The position numbers and the translations under genes were made by a program. A stretch of 64,000 bases of DNA, taken from the IMG/VR virus record IMGVR_UViG_3300042340_000379, positions 62,001 to 126,000 of that record; one strand, written 5' to 3'. This document shows positions 36,742 to 49,200 of this stretch, piece after piece. Position 1 is the first letter of the stretch, and every line of letters starts with the position of its first letter. The notes under the pieces are model-generated. The model was not told where the DNA came from. It made no database searches and saw nothing but the letters and a program-made list of their open reading frames with translations.

Positions 36742-39700
36742 TTAAAGACCAGCAACCGCAGCATTCTTAGCAGCAGTTGCAATTGTTTTAACTTCAGATA
36801 GCTCATTGATTAGTGCAGATGATGTGGCTAGCCCTGCCACCGCCGAATCAAGCTCTGCCTTAGTTGGGCCATCATAGTCAGCCAAGGCCGCATCAACCTC
36901 CGCGTTGACCTGGGCCGTGCTGAGGTTATTGAGCCCAGCGATCGCCCCTGTGACCGTCCCTATATCGCTGGTCAACTCTGCCCGTGTCGGCGGGTCGTAG
37001 GCGTTGAGGGCCGCTGCTGCCGCCGCCTGGGTAGCCGTAGAATCAAGGGCATTGTTTCGGGCTACCAGGGTATCTAGGTCGGCATCGACACTGCCTGCCG
37101 CTGGAGAGCCCGCTGTAGGTGCCAGCTTAAGAGCATCGCGTACCTGTTGAGCCGTTAGGCCGCCGCCGCCGCCCGAGGGTGCATTAGCCAGGGCCGCTGT
37201 ACTAAATACTCCGGTCGTTTGCAATGTGGCGGCTAGATCGGCTAGGTCTTCAGCCTCACCCGCCGTCAAGCCACTGGTGCCTGATTCAAACGTCAGCAAA
37301 GTTCCTAGGCTCAGTGCGTTCGGGTTAATGCCGCCGGTGCCGGTCTGCGTTGGTGCTACCAGCGAACTGCCATCAGCGCTGGTGGCATTGCCCCCTACAA
37401 TATTCAGCCGGGTGCTGCTGGTGTTGTCAATCTCGAAGTTGGCAAAGACGAAGTTACTTGCGGTAATAGCGATCGAAGTATCCGCATTAATTAATCGAAT
37501 CCCTGGGGCCGTTGAAGATACCCACACACCCCAAATATAAAGGTCTTGCCATAGGCTCAGACCATCTGCGTCAGAAGCGTTTACCTGCACCCTACCGCCA
37601 CCACCCTCTAGCCCAAAACTGTAGGGGCCACCATTAGAAGCATCAAGCGTACTACCGTCATTAGCAGCAGTGAGTTCTGTCACCACCGTACCGCTAGCGT
37701 TTTTGATCCGCCCCCCGAGTTGCACAGAGGTTGAGGCGACAATATCTTCATGCACCAAATTCAATTCAATCGCCGGATTTACCACCACCGGGTCGTTAAT
37801 CCCTGCGGTCGCACTCCACAAAAAATCTTGGATATATAGCGGGGTAGCTGTGGCAATGCCGCCCGGATTATCCCAGTAAATTGCTTTGCGAATCACCCTG
37901 TCTCCATTGGCCAGAGTTAGCACAACACTGGCCCCGCTGCCACCGCTAACCACCGCATTATGCTTCTGGGTTTCAGTGATCAGCGTAAAAATAGAGCCGC
38001 TTGCGTTTGTGCCTGTTGTGGATATTGTGATAGGCGTTGCAGGGATGTCGGCTTCTTTAATAAATAGCGTGATAGCTCCAGCAGAAATGGTGGCATAGTA
38101 ACGCCCGCCATCGACTATCTGCGGGCTAGTCGTGGGCAGTGTGGCCCCTGCTGTGGCCTGGATTTTTACATTGGTGTAGGGGCTACCCGTAGCGAATGCT
38201 GGGGGACGGCTGTTGCTGTCGTTGCCTAGGGTTATGGTATCGGTGCCAGTATTTACGGCTGCGCTGGCGACTAGAAACGATTGTTGATGGGCTAGGTATA
38301 GGCGGGTGCCATCGACTAGGCTGGTGGAGGTGTAGGCGATAACTGGTGCAGATAATGTCACCCCTGTGCCTAAGACCAGTCCCGGATCAGGGTATGGAAT
38401 TGTTAGCGTAAACCCTGACCCTGTAACAGTCACTCCAGACTCTAGAACAAACTCAGATGTAAGAATAGTATTCGCCGTGATTTTTAGCTCAGCGCCACTT
38501 TTCACTGTTACGGAATCTGCATAAGTCCCTTTGCTGCTTAGTCGGCAAAAACGGCCTGAAGCTATATTTATTCTATAATTCCCGATTATGGCAGATGAAG
38601 CCCCGCTCATCTCAAAATCTTCACCATCAAATGTCACGACCGTATCTTCTGAAATAGTGATTTGATAATTAAATGTTGTGGTTGTTGTACCCGTACTTAA
38701 AACGCCTCTACCACTAATTAAATAGCGAAAAAATGAAAAATCATCAATTGATGAATTGCCTAATACAATTGGGCCTGAGCCTGTTTTTCGGATAGGCGAC
38801 GAATCGCCAAATGTTAATGCGCTAATGGTATTACGATTATCAAGAATCCTGGTTAATGCCCCCTTCCAAATACTGATAGCTGGGATACCGGCTCGATTAA
38901 CAGCAACTACAGTGGATAGATCCCCAGCCTCATCTAGTAGCGCATGATTAACAGTCCCTGTAGAGACGTATTCAAAACTTAAAAACTCGTTTAATGTGCT
39001 AAAAGATTGGGGATTTAATATTAAGCCCCCAACAACTGACGGAGCTGGAAGTGATGCTATTAATACATGCCGAGTTGATGAAATTTTAGTTATGTTAAAA
39101 TTGGTAAAACCAAAGTTTTGCGTACCACTCCTAACGATTGCGCTAGGTGCATAAGAAACTGTTCCTAACACTGTATCAGGATTAAATGTTCTAAAAACAA
39201 ATTTTTGCAGACTATCGGAGAGGTCTAGCATCATGGCGGCGATGTAACTGTTTGCCCCATCCACAGCCATATCAATTGCAGCTAAGGGACTTCCAGTATT
39301 GAAAGAGAATGAAGCTGTATGTACTGTTCCAGTCGTGCTAATTGTTGATGGATTAAATCTCCAAAAACGAACAAAAGCAAAATTCAGAGCAGCCAAATAC
39401 CCTACAGTTGCACTTAAGTGATGATACGAACATATTGTCATCCCACCTGTCCCAGCAAATGTGGCACGAAGGAGGGACGCTCTAGTGTTAGCGCTAGTTA
39501 TACCTGTGGCGCTAAACTCCAGCATGTCAACGCGATTGTTAGCGGTGTCCGTTGAAAACAAATAACTGTTGGCACCATTCAAATGAGCTTGGAGTCCTCG
39601 GATAGTGCCCATGCCCGTAATTGTTGCCGTTGATGCTACGGTTCCAGATACAGTGGATGGGTTAAATCTAAAAATAGTAATTGTATCAGTTGAATTTCCA

Positions 39701-39996
39701 GAAGAATGGAATAATAAGCTATTTGCTCCATTTTCTTTGAATAGGATTAAAGCACTCGGACTACCCGTTGGAACTGTAAATGTTGCGACTGGGGTGGGTG
39801 TTCCGCTTGCCACAGTGTCGGGATTGATTTCATGTAGCTCGATAGCAGCGGCTGAAGTCGAACAAGTATAGATTTGGAGCCGGGTCGAGCTTATTTTATT
39901 TAATTGGCAATAAGATGAATTATTGGCCAGCGTTAAAGTTGCGTTAATGTTGGCCAGAGGCAATGTAGCTGGTTGCCGTTTTGTTTGTAGCGCCAT
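36742..39996 (-). CDS. Tail fibre/receptor-binding-like mosaic protein
   Basis: 1084 aa, T/S/G/A-rich; repeated FNP.TV.GT beta units; helical C-terminus with duplicated AAL..YD.PT.AEL. Confidence 0.6.
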   Translation of the reverse strand: MALQTKRQPATLPLANINATLTLANNSSYCQLNKISSTRLQIYTCSTSAAAIELHEINPDTVASGTPTPVATFTVPTGSPSALILFKENGANSLLFHSSGNSTDTITIFRFNPSTVSGTVASTATITGMGTIRGLQAHLNGANSYLFSTDTANNRVDMLEFSATGITSANTRASLLRATFAGTGGMTICSYHHLSATVGYLAALNFAFVRFWRFNPSTISTTGTVHTASFSFNTGSPLAAIDMAVDGANSYIAAMMLDLSDSLQKFVFRTFNPDTVLGTVSYAPSAIVRSGTQNFGFTNFNITKISSTRHVLIASLPAPSVVGGLILNPQSFSTLNEFLSFEYVSTGTVNHALLDEAGDLSTVVAVNRAGIPAISIWKGALTRILDNRNTISALTFGDSSPIRKTGSGPIVLGNSSIDDFSFFRYLISGRGVLSTGTTTTTFNYQITISEDTVVTFDGEDFEMSGASSAIIGNYRINIASGRFCRLSSKGTYADSVTVKSGAELKITANTILTSEFVLESGVTVTGSGFTLTIPYPDPGLVLGTGVTLSAPVIAYTSTSLVDGTRLYLAHQQSFLVASAAVNTGTDTITLGNDSNSRPPAFATGSPYTNVKIQATAGATLPTTSPQIVDGGRYYATISAGAITLFIKEADIPATPITISTTGTNASGSIFTLITETQKHNAVVSGGSGASVVLTLANGDRVIRKAIYWDNPGGIATATPLYIQDFLWSATAGINDPVVVNPAIELNLVHEDIVASTSVQLGGRIKNASGTVVTELTAANDGSTLDASNGGPYSFGLEGGGGRVQVNASDADGLSLWQDLYIWGVWVSSTAPGIRLINADTSIAITASNFVFANFEIDNTSSTRLNIVGGNATSADGSSLVAPTQTGTGGINPNALSLGTLLTFESGTSGLTAGEAEDLADLAATLQTTGVFSTAALANAPSGGGGGLTAQQVRDALKLAPTAGSPAAGSVDADLDTLVARNNALDSTATQAAAAAALNAYDPPTRAELTSDIGTVTGAIAGLNNLSTAQVNAEVDAALADYDGPTKAELDSAVAGLATSSALINELSEVKTIATAAKNAAVAGL

Positions 39997-40140
39997 CTAC
40001 CGCACCCTCCCCAGCCATTGCACCGCCCGATCGCGCCATGCCAGTGCCCACGCTACCGCCAGCGCCAGGTGCCACCGCCAGCCGGATAGGGGGCGGAGTC
40101 GGGCTTTTTCGTCGGGGGTGGGTGGGCCTGGGGTATACAT
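39997..40140 (-). CDS. 47-aa Trp/Arg-rich peptide (not in ORF track)
   Basis: MYTPGPPTPDEKARLRPLSGWRWHLALAVAWALAWRDRAVQWLGRVR; its TAG abuts the next ATG. Confidence 0.5.
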   Translation of the reverse strand: MYTPGPPTPDEKARLRPLSGWRWHLALAVAWALAWRDRAVQWLGRVR

Positions 40141-40286
40141 AAGCGCGATTGCTCTAGACTAATAGCTCAGAAAAATGACTGCTGCAGGGCGGTCAGAGTG
40201 TAGGAATATAAAAGTCAATAAACTTAATAGCTTACTTAGGGAACTGTAGATAAAAGAGCCCAAACTAAGGTGAGCAACCTACACAA

Positions 40287-43200
40287 TTAAACCAAAAGAG
40301 CAACAAAAGATGGATCTGCAGTATTACTAGCCGCTACTCGGTTGCTAGCATGGAAATGATCCGATGCAGACTGTTGTTGTTTAATTGAGATTCTGTTTGA
40401 TTGGGCGTCATAAGAAACTACATGTTCAGTATTTTGAGAAGCTGAAGGCCTTGGATTAGGATTTGAGGGTTGTCTACTTGAAACTTGTTGAACAGAAACA
40501 GTTCCGCGAACAGGCTGAACTTCAGGAGCTTTAACTTCTTGTGGAGTATAAGTTTGAACTGCAGCTCCAACTGTCATTGGTAATTCTTGTGCTCGTTGTC
40601 TCGCTTGAGTTTCACGCACTCTTACTCTTTGAGCCCCTCTTCTAAATAGATCCAATCCAAGAGTTAGGCCAGGAATAAACGTAGAAGCTAAAGCCCGCGC
40701 TGACTGATTAAACAAGTTAAACGCCCGCTTGAAAAACCCTGGCTTCTCTTTTGTGTAAGAAGAGGGGGATCGGTTAGCTACTTGGTCGATATAGCTTTCA
40801 GCATTTGTGTTATCACCAACCAGCCGCTGCTGGATAGATCCTCCCAAAAGTCGGTCAACAGCTTCTCGAGCATCCCTAAGAAGTCGGTCTGGGTGAGATT
40901 TGTAATAGCTAGCTGTTCCTAAAACTGAGCCTAATTTCCGACCTCCATAATTTGCCAGGTCAGAACCAAGAGTGTCAATAGTAACGCCAAGCGCAATCAT
41001 GCCAAGACCAAGGCCCGCACCTACACCAGTTGCCGTTACAGCCGCTCCCGTTGCGTAAAGACTTTTAGCTAAAATTGACATGGGAAGCGTAGCCGCTAAT
41101 CGAAACGCACCCCCAACTGCTTGAGAATAAGCCAGTTGATGCTGCTCTTTTGAAGAGCCATAATTAAGAGAAAAAGCTTTCTTTAAACCAGAGAACACAT
41201 CATAAGCCCCGATGCCATATTCAACAACATCAAAAATCCTCCCAGCAAACCAAGCCCCACTCTTAGCCACCTTAGTCGCACTAATAGCTTTTGTTGTATT
41301 CGCAGTCCAGCTAGCCGCGCCAATGCCTAACCGCCCTAAAGCTCGACCTCCTCGTCCAACCCCTCGGGCTACTCTACTTGATTGCTCAGCCTGTCGAGCT
41401 GCTTGAAGAGAAAGATGGAGTCCAGACTTAGCTGCTTGCTGCACAGCTTGATTTGAATTAACCGCTCCAGCTCGAAGCGCTTCGTACAGGCGAGCAGTTT
41501 TTGTATTCCGGCTAGCAACTGACTGAGTATAAGAACTCATCATATTAAACAGATCGTCGGTCTGATTTAACATCCCAGATTCTCGGGCGTAGCTCATTGA
41601 CCTAGACATTCTGGAAAACTCAGCATTCTGGGCATAATTTACTAAGGGCTCGAGATTACCAGATGCTCTACCTGCTTTAGCCAAAGAGAGAAGTTGGGGA
41701 GCATGTCGAATTAATCGAGAAGTCTTAAGGCTAAAGAGAGTGTTAGACACAGCCCCCACAACTAGATCTGTTTCAGTAGCTCTTCCCTTAGCCATAAATT
41801 CAGCTCGCCGCTCAGACCTAGCTGCTATTAGTGGGGCAAGTCCAATAGAAGCGAGCACACCTACAAGATCATTCTTAAACGCCGCTGTTATACCAAAGGC
41901 CGCTATTGTTTGAAGAGCTGAAGAGTATGTTGATTTAACATATCGTTCGCGAGTACCGCCAGAGAAATTATCGGCTCCCATTAATAACCGCATGTTATTA
42001 GCCATTCCTACGCCAAGAACGCCGTAACTACCAACTCTAAACGCTCCAGAAAGAACTCCCCCTCTGCGCATAGCGTAATCAAGCGCTTTGTGGCGAACTC
42101 CCCCAGTCACCGCGCCTCTAAATAGTTGAGCAAATATTTTGGTGTGCATAGCTTGAGCAGGTTTAGCTAAATACGCTAGCCCTATACCAACCGCAGCTCC
42201 TACATAAGCCCCTTTAGAATCATCATCATCAAGGCTATTTCCAATAAGATGACCCACCATAGCGCCAATGCCAGCCATTCCTATATAACGGTTAAAAACT
42301 CGGAAAGAACTTCTTACCTGATTTCGAGCACCGTATTGAGTTGCGGCAGAAATTCCCCCAGCAATAGCCGCACCTGCTACTCCAGTAACAGAAATCCCAT
42401 CATTTTCTCTACTAGAGAAACGATCACCTATTAGATAACCTAAAGCTCCAAAACCTCCAGTAAATCCAGCCTGAGATAGAGGGGCTAACAGTGAAGACAA
42501 TCGCTTAGCCTGAGACATGTAAGCAGCCCCAGCAAAAGCAGCGACGGTCGCGCCGACCATTACATTAATGTTTCCCTCAAACAATTTGTTGTAAGCGGCT
42601 ACTGAGAGGCCAGCCGCAATTGCTGCCATAGCTGCTGCCGTTCCCAGTTTGAAGCCTTTAGCCAGATTGATAGTAAGAGAACGCTGCTTAGCTAGCTTCT
42701 GAAAAATTCCTGAAGACTTAACCCGATTAAGTAAACCTGAAAACCGGCTTTGTCTAGCTATATGACCAGAAGCTATAAGCTCAATCGCAGTATGGCGAAT
42801 AGACCCGCTATAAACTAAAGCAGCGGTCGCAGCACCCCCGGCCCCCGCCAGTAAAAAACTCTTTTCGTCATCATTTTGTAAGTAGTAAAGTGCAGCCATA
42901 GACAAAGCGCCCGCGACTAGTGATCGCCCACCTCCTGACCTAAAAATTCCCCCTTCTAGGTAGCGTTCATACTCAAAAGCCGCGACTGAGTTTATAACGT
43001 TTTGTAGAGAACGGGTTGCTTGACGCACACCCTTAAACCCAAACTTATGCTTGACCGCGTAAGTGATAAGATTATCAACCGTTCCGCTTAGCTGGGGTAA
43101 AAGTAGATGAGCCTTTTTCTGAGCTAATGAGAGAATCTGGGTTTTGTATAAACCTGAGGCACCCCCAAGTGCTAAACCTAAAACAGTTCCGTACACTCCA

Positions 43201-46200
43201 AAAGTAGAACCAAACTGCGCTCCAATAGCCGCTCCAACAAAACTTGAAGCAGTAAGTGTGGTAGGAGAGCGGTACTTAAGAATTTGAGAAGCACTTAAAG
43301 CGCCAGTCACACCAAACGCGATGTTAGTAAGCTTTTGAGTACTACGGTCGTCCGGACTAGACGCAATTAAACCTAAAGCTGCACCACCCAAAGCTATAGA
43401 GAACACTTTCCGATTCATTAGCCCAAGCTTAATCCGACCTTTAAGATCAGGACGGGTTACAGCCAAAACGTTGCCAGTCGGATTTGTTAGATTTCCTCTA
43501 TATGTCGAGATTGAGGAAGCTTGAGACATGTAACCCGATCGCGCCATGGGAGGAAGAATTGCTATACCAGCTCCAATAGAACCCCCTAACATAATGCCAA
43601 AAGTGTTTCTATCATCGCGGCCCCCATCTCGGGTATAGCCATAACCAAAAGCGTGTCTGGCAAGAATAGAGCCAGCTAAAAACCCGGCTCCTGCTCGTGC
43701 GCCATACTTAGCTGTCTGCTTAGCAAGATACACACCGGGTTTTTCAATCCCTTGCTTGCCAAGATGCTCAGCTACTCTAGTTTTTAACCCTAAAACAACA
43801 CCCTTAACTTTAGGCAGGGTTCTTTGAATATCATCGTTAAGAGCAGGCGCTGCCATCCGAAGCGTGAACTCAGTCGAAACACCCGGCATAATAATACCGT
43901 CAGCCGATGCGTCTCTCATCACCTCGCTAATGTAGTCGTTACCTCGCCCGGTGATGTCAAGACCTAAAAACTGCCCACCAAAACCGATCGCGTATAGAAG
44001 TGCTTTACTCCCTGCTGCTAGGCCTGCCATAGAGCCAATAAAAGAGAGCATTGCGCCCTGGTTTTGACTCACATTAGTTTGAGCAATCTCAACAGCTCGT
44101 GAAACCCGACCTCCAGTTGGTCGGGGATCTAGCATGTACTGATAAAAGTCAGCTCGGTTACGATATGTAGCGAACAAGTTTAGAGCTGGATCAGCGATGC
44201 TCATTACATCCGCCGCGCCCAAACGACTACCAGAGTACAACTTTGCAGCTGGTAAAACACCCTCTGCCTGTTTAACCAGAGCCCCTCCTTGAGAAGCTTC
44301 ATAGTTGTTCTTTGTTTGAAGAAGCTCAGCTTCTAACTCAAGACGCTTATTGTAAGAAAGGTCGGGGTTTAGAAGCTCAGCTTCTATTCGGGTCTTTATA
44401 TTTTCAGACCGCGCCATTTCCTGATTAATCAAATCAAGCTCATCAGCTTTGATGGTATACGAGCGACTCGAAATATCAGGATTATTTAGGTGCTTAATGA
44501 GACCCTGGTAAACATCAACGTTAGCGTTAACGTCAGCCATAGCAGTGTGAGCGTTTTGCAGTGGCTCTCCCGCGATTGCCTCATAAATAGAGCCAAGGTT
44601 GGAGCGAGCAGCACCTAATTCTCTATACCGCTTGGGGTCAATATCATTAAGCGTGTCAATATAGCGGCCTTGAGTTACTGCTTTATCCAGTTTTTTAACC
44701 AAGTCATGCCGACCCAGCCGGTGCATTGTCGCTTGGAGAACTGGAATGTCAAACTTAGAAATGTTGTGGCCAGCTAGAACAGCACCATCAAGCTGACCCA
44801 TTAATTCTTCAAGAACATCTCCTGCTGCCTTACCTTTAGCCAGATCATCTAAGTTAAACTTACCCCCGGTCATTTCACTGGGGTCATAGTAGGGCTGCAC
44901 AAGATAACGATTCTCAGAAAGACTTTGAACCCGCCCAGTTTGAGTGTCTATAGTAATTTTTCGGTAGGCTACTTCCGCAATAGGAGGGCGCGATCCTGGA
45001 TCAGTCTCAGAAAGATCTGTTCGAGCTGAGTAGGATGTTTCAAGGTCAAAGAATAAAAGATTTTGATAGCGGGGTAAGTCTTTGATTGTTTTTAGCTTTG
45101 GCGGATCAGCATGATTTACTAGCTTGTCAATTGGAGTGTTAGTTCTAGACTTTACTGACTGGAGGTCAGGATTCATTACTGAAGTAAACTCAGCGCGATC
45201 AAAATCTCGAATACCATCGCTGCTCTTACTTTGAGAAGATCGTTTGGCTGATTTGCTTTGGTCTTTACGCCCAATCGTCCGCTTAATAGGGTCCTCAGAA
45301 CCACTGGATAAATCGTGGATGCTCTGAACCATGTGACCCGATTCAAACGAGAACGTTCCATCGTGATAAGTAGCCCCCTGCATAAGGCGGTCGAAAATAG
45401 GATGGGTGTTATCTAACTGGATAGCATTAGCACCAAGCTTGTCTAAGTTCCCTTGGAATAGACCAGTCTTAGTGTTCTGATATCCTTCAAATCGGCCCCT
45501 ACTCTGCCGATCATCTATAGTTTGGACAATACGGCTAGCGCGGGAAACACCGTACTTGTTACGCTGCTTGATAAATGCGCGAGAGTTAGCCTCAAACTCC
45601 TGCTCATAAATTTGCTGATAACCAATATGGTCGAGATTTTGATTGTTAGCTAATGCCCCTTGAGCTGAGCGTTGAGCCAACCTATCAATAGATGTAATAA
45701 CGTCAGAAGATGCGCCTGCTTGAGTCAAGAGCTTCTGATTGCCAAGAAGATCCCGACTCGCCGTAAAGCCTGGGCGATTAAATTCCTTAAGATGCTTTCT
45801 AGCCTGGCGAACGTGCATCTTCTCGTGAAGAAGCTCAAATTCAGCCATCTGGTAGCGCATCGAGTTACGGGGAGACTTGAGCCTCGCCTGCAAACTCTCG
45901 CTCATATCGATTCGAGGATTCCCGTTACCATCAAACGACACCTCACTTCTGGAGAGGTTAGCAATCATTCGAGAACGAATAGTCGAGTAAACCGAGAGGC
46001 TTGAAGCGATAATCGCGGAGGCGTAGAGTTTATTGCGGCTATCCTTATATTCATGGACATCATATTGAGCCATCCGGTAGCCCATGCGGTCGCCTATCGC
46101 AAAACCCATGACACCTAAAGCGACAACCGACAAAAGCGATCGCCCTTGAAGCGCACCAATAGAACTGGCGATAGCGCTGAACGAAGAACCCAAAGATTCT

Positions 46201-49200
46201 CTATAAGCCGCAGCGACATTCTCACCCGTCTGCCGGTCAGGCTGACTCTCCATTACTCGGCGGGTCGCGCCAAACATAGAGTACATATCAATAAAAGCTG
46301 GGCCCATGTCTTTAAGAACAGTGCCTGTCTGGCGCAAGTTTCTCCCCATACGAGAAGAAGTCTTACGTAAGCGCATAGCCAAAATCTGACCGTCAGTTAA
46401 AGCAGGGCCAACAGCAGAAGGGGCTGGAGGCAGCAAACCAAAAGGGGTAAACTCTTTAACAGGCTGCAAAAGTCCAAACGGAGTAAAAGCCGCTGGGGCA
46501 TAACCAGGGCTAACAGGTGTCTGGATTTGAGGGACGTTCTTAATCGCGTCGTAGATTTTACCCACTCCGCCCGCCGCTTCATTAATAACAGTGGATGAAA
46601 TAAATGATGAGGCAGTAGAGACACCCAAGAATGCAGCCGTTGCAAGTTTCTGCATTTCAAACAGAGTCTGGCTAGCGACAGGTTCAAAAAACCGCCCGAC
46701 CTGTTGAATAGGTAATAGCACTCCTGGCCGATGAGTAACGTAACGAAGGTTCCTCATCCCTCGGGAAAAGCCTCTCCGCGCAATTCTCGTCTGAACTTTA
46801 AAGCTCGGAATGGTCACATCAGGAAAAATAACTTGCACGTTAGGCAAGTGCATCCCAAACTTAGGTCGCCGCATTAGCATTTGGCGTCTAAATAACTGAC
46901 CGGGATTAGCAGCTTGAAGATTCTTTGCTCCCTTTACATACCCAGAAATGTCGGCAAACTCTTCTCTTAGTTGAGGGAGAATACTGCTGTTCAGTTGCCG
47001 AGCCATTTTTGAAGTGGAAGCATAGGCAGACATTAAGCCTAAAGCTACCCGATTATCTTCAGCAGGCGCAGGCCGACGCATCATTGCACCATATATTGCG
47101 TAATTACCCATGTCCTGACGCCGCTCAAGAGCCATTCTCATCGTCGGACTTAAACGATTCATGCTTGAGATAGAAAAGCTCGAGATAATAGAAGGCATAA
47201 TTCTCTCTCGAGAATTAAAGTAGCGCTCACTGTAGTAGTTGTCTAAAAATCCATAAGCAGAACCACGCACGTTTGCTTGAACCGGAATCTCTCCACCCAC
47301 AGACATAAAACTAGATAAGCCCCGACTCATCTTGTTTCTGTGGTAGATGTCCTGGTTATAAACAAACGGCTCTGAGCCTGTAAACGTTTTTTGGGCTTCT
47401 TTATAAATCTGCTGTTTGTATAGAGATTGGGGTAAAAGAATGCTAGTAGCAATCGCCATCGCCATACTACGGGAGCCCTTAGCATAAGTCTCACCAATCT
47501 TTTCTCCCATAGGCTCAAAGATTGTACCAACTAAAGCATCTCCTAATGGGCCGGTTGCTTTGCTGACTAGGCTGCTAACACCTGAGACTAAGCCAGCTGC
47601 AAAAGATGTAAATCCACGCTCGACAGAAACAATACCTTGGGCTAATCTAGAATTTTTAAAAGACTCAAAGTTGACGGACATGATTGCACCCGCCAAGAGC
47701 ATAGCTGGTAAATTAGCCTTTCCACTAAATAAAACCTTTGAGATAACCCGCTCAAGACCATAGGCAAGACCTAGCTGACTAGACGCTCGAACTAACTGAA
47801 GAGATGCCTGGTCGCGGAGACGATCTTCACTTGATAGTAAGTAAGCAGATGATTCAGCAAGAGTATAAACATCCTGACCGTAGGAAGCATAAAATGCAGT
47901 AACTCTACCTGCTCCCATTACAGCGTTCATCACATCTTCCGTGATAGGTCGAACAGTTGGAGCACCTCTAACAGTCTCAAAGACTTTCTCGACTTTTACA
48001 TTGTTTGTGGTGTCTATCTCACCTAGTCGCATCATATGTTGCTCAAAAGCCTGAGCTTCAAGCTGAGCCCGCCGAATGTTTAGGCGAGACAGCCTATCTC
48101 CAGATGAGAGGCGTCTATTATTCTTGAGCGTATTAGCATAGTCTTCCAGCTCACCATAAGACTCAGGGGCAATCATCGCCTCAAGCTTTTGGGTAAAATC
48201 GCCAGTGTAAAGCACTTCATAGCGCTTTGGATTTAACCCCATTGTTTCTTCTAACAAAGGCTCTTGCATAAACGCATAAATCTTCTGCTGAAAATCTGAT
48301 GCAAGATTACTTTTAACATCCCGGCCCTCTAGCAAATCCTGCATGTACGGAGACATAGAACCAATATGGTCAGCTACCGTGCGCGTTAAAGTACCATAGG
48401 TTTTCATAACCTGATACCAATATGCTCTTTGAGTAAGCTGCATGCCCTCAGGCATAGCAATCTTATAAGCCGCTGTAATAACCTCTTTGTCTTTAGAAAA
48501 GAGCTGGGCGACAGCTTTAGTGTCAGATTTATGAGTATCAAACCGCCCGCTTCGAGCTACTCTATAGAAATCTCGAACAACATCCTTAAGCGCGTCGTTT
48601 CTAAGCCCTATACTCTCACCTAAAAACGCTCGTTCCATCCCACCCGTAACCGTAGCTAATGCAATACCCGTTGAAGCTAAAGTACCAATCGATAAGGCTG
48701 TAGAAATAGAACCAAGCAAAGCGGTTGAACCAGCGGTCTGCCCCTGGTCGCTATAGGCTTTATTTATCCCCCCGATTTGAGTAAAGAAACCGGATTTAGC
48801 AGTGTAATAATGTTGAGATGTAATATTAACTATCAAATCATCTAGGGTTTCGCGGCTCCCTCTTGCTGTGTAAGTTCCCTGAAAAGCGCTGGCTAAGTCA
48901 ATAGATAAAGCCTGAAGTGGGTCATATCCTTGATAGGGAACTTTTCCTAGAGATGTTGAAGTACGCCCTAGAAGAATACCTTCCTTAAGTTGGTCAATCG
49001 CAAGCTCACTTGCCCGCTGCATAGAAATCCAGCGCATGGTAAATTCGCGTCGGGCAAATGCAGTTTGAAGAGTAGAGCTAGTCAGCGCTCGCTGCTCATA
49101 CATTGTTATACCGTCAACCCGCATCTTTTTGCGACGAGAGACAGCGCCTCTATACATCGCAAGAATTTCTTCTGCAGCAGCAGGACTTTCATCAAGCCTA

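Noticed and set aside
15118-46143. HIP1 (GCGATCGC) enrichment
   Set aside because: Only three copies noticed (15118, 36938, 46136), well below typical HIP1-rich host chromosomes; if anything this supports phage origin.
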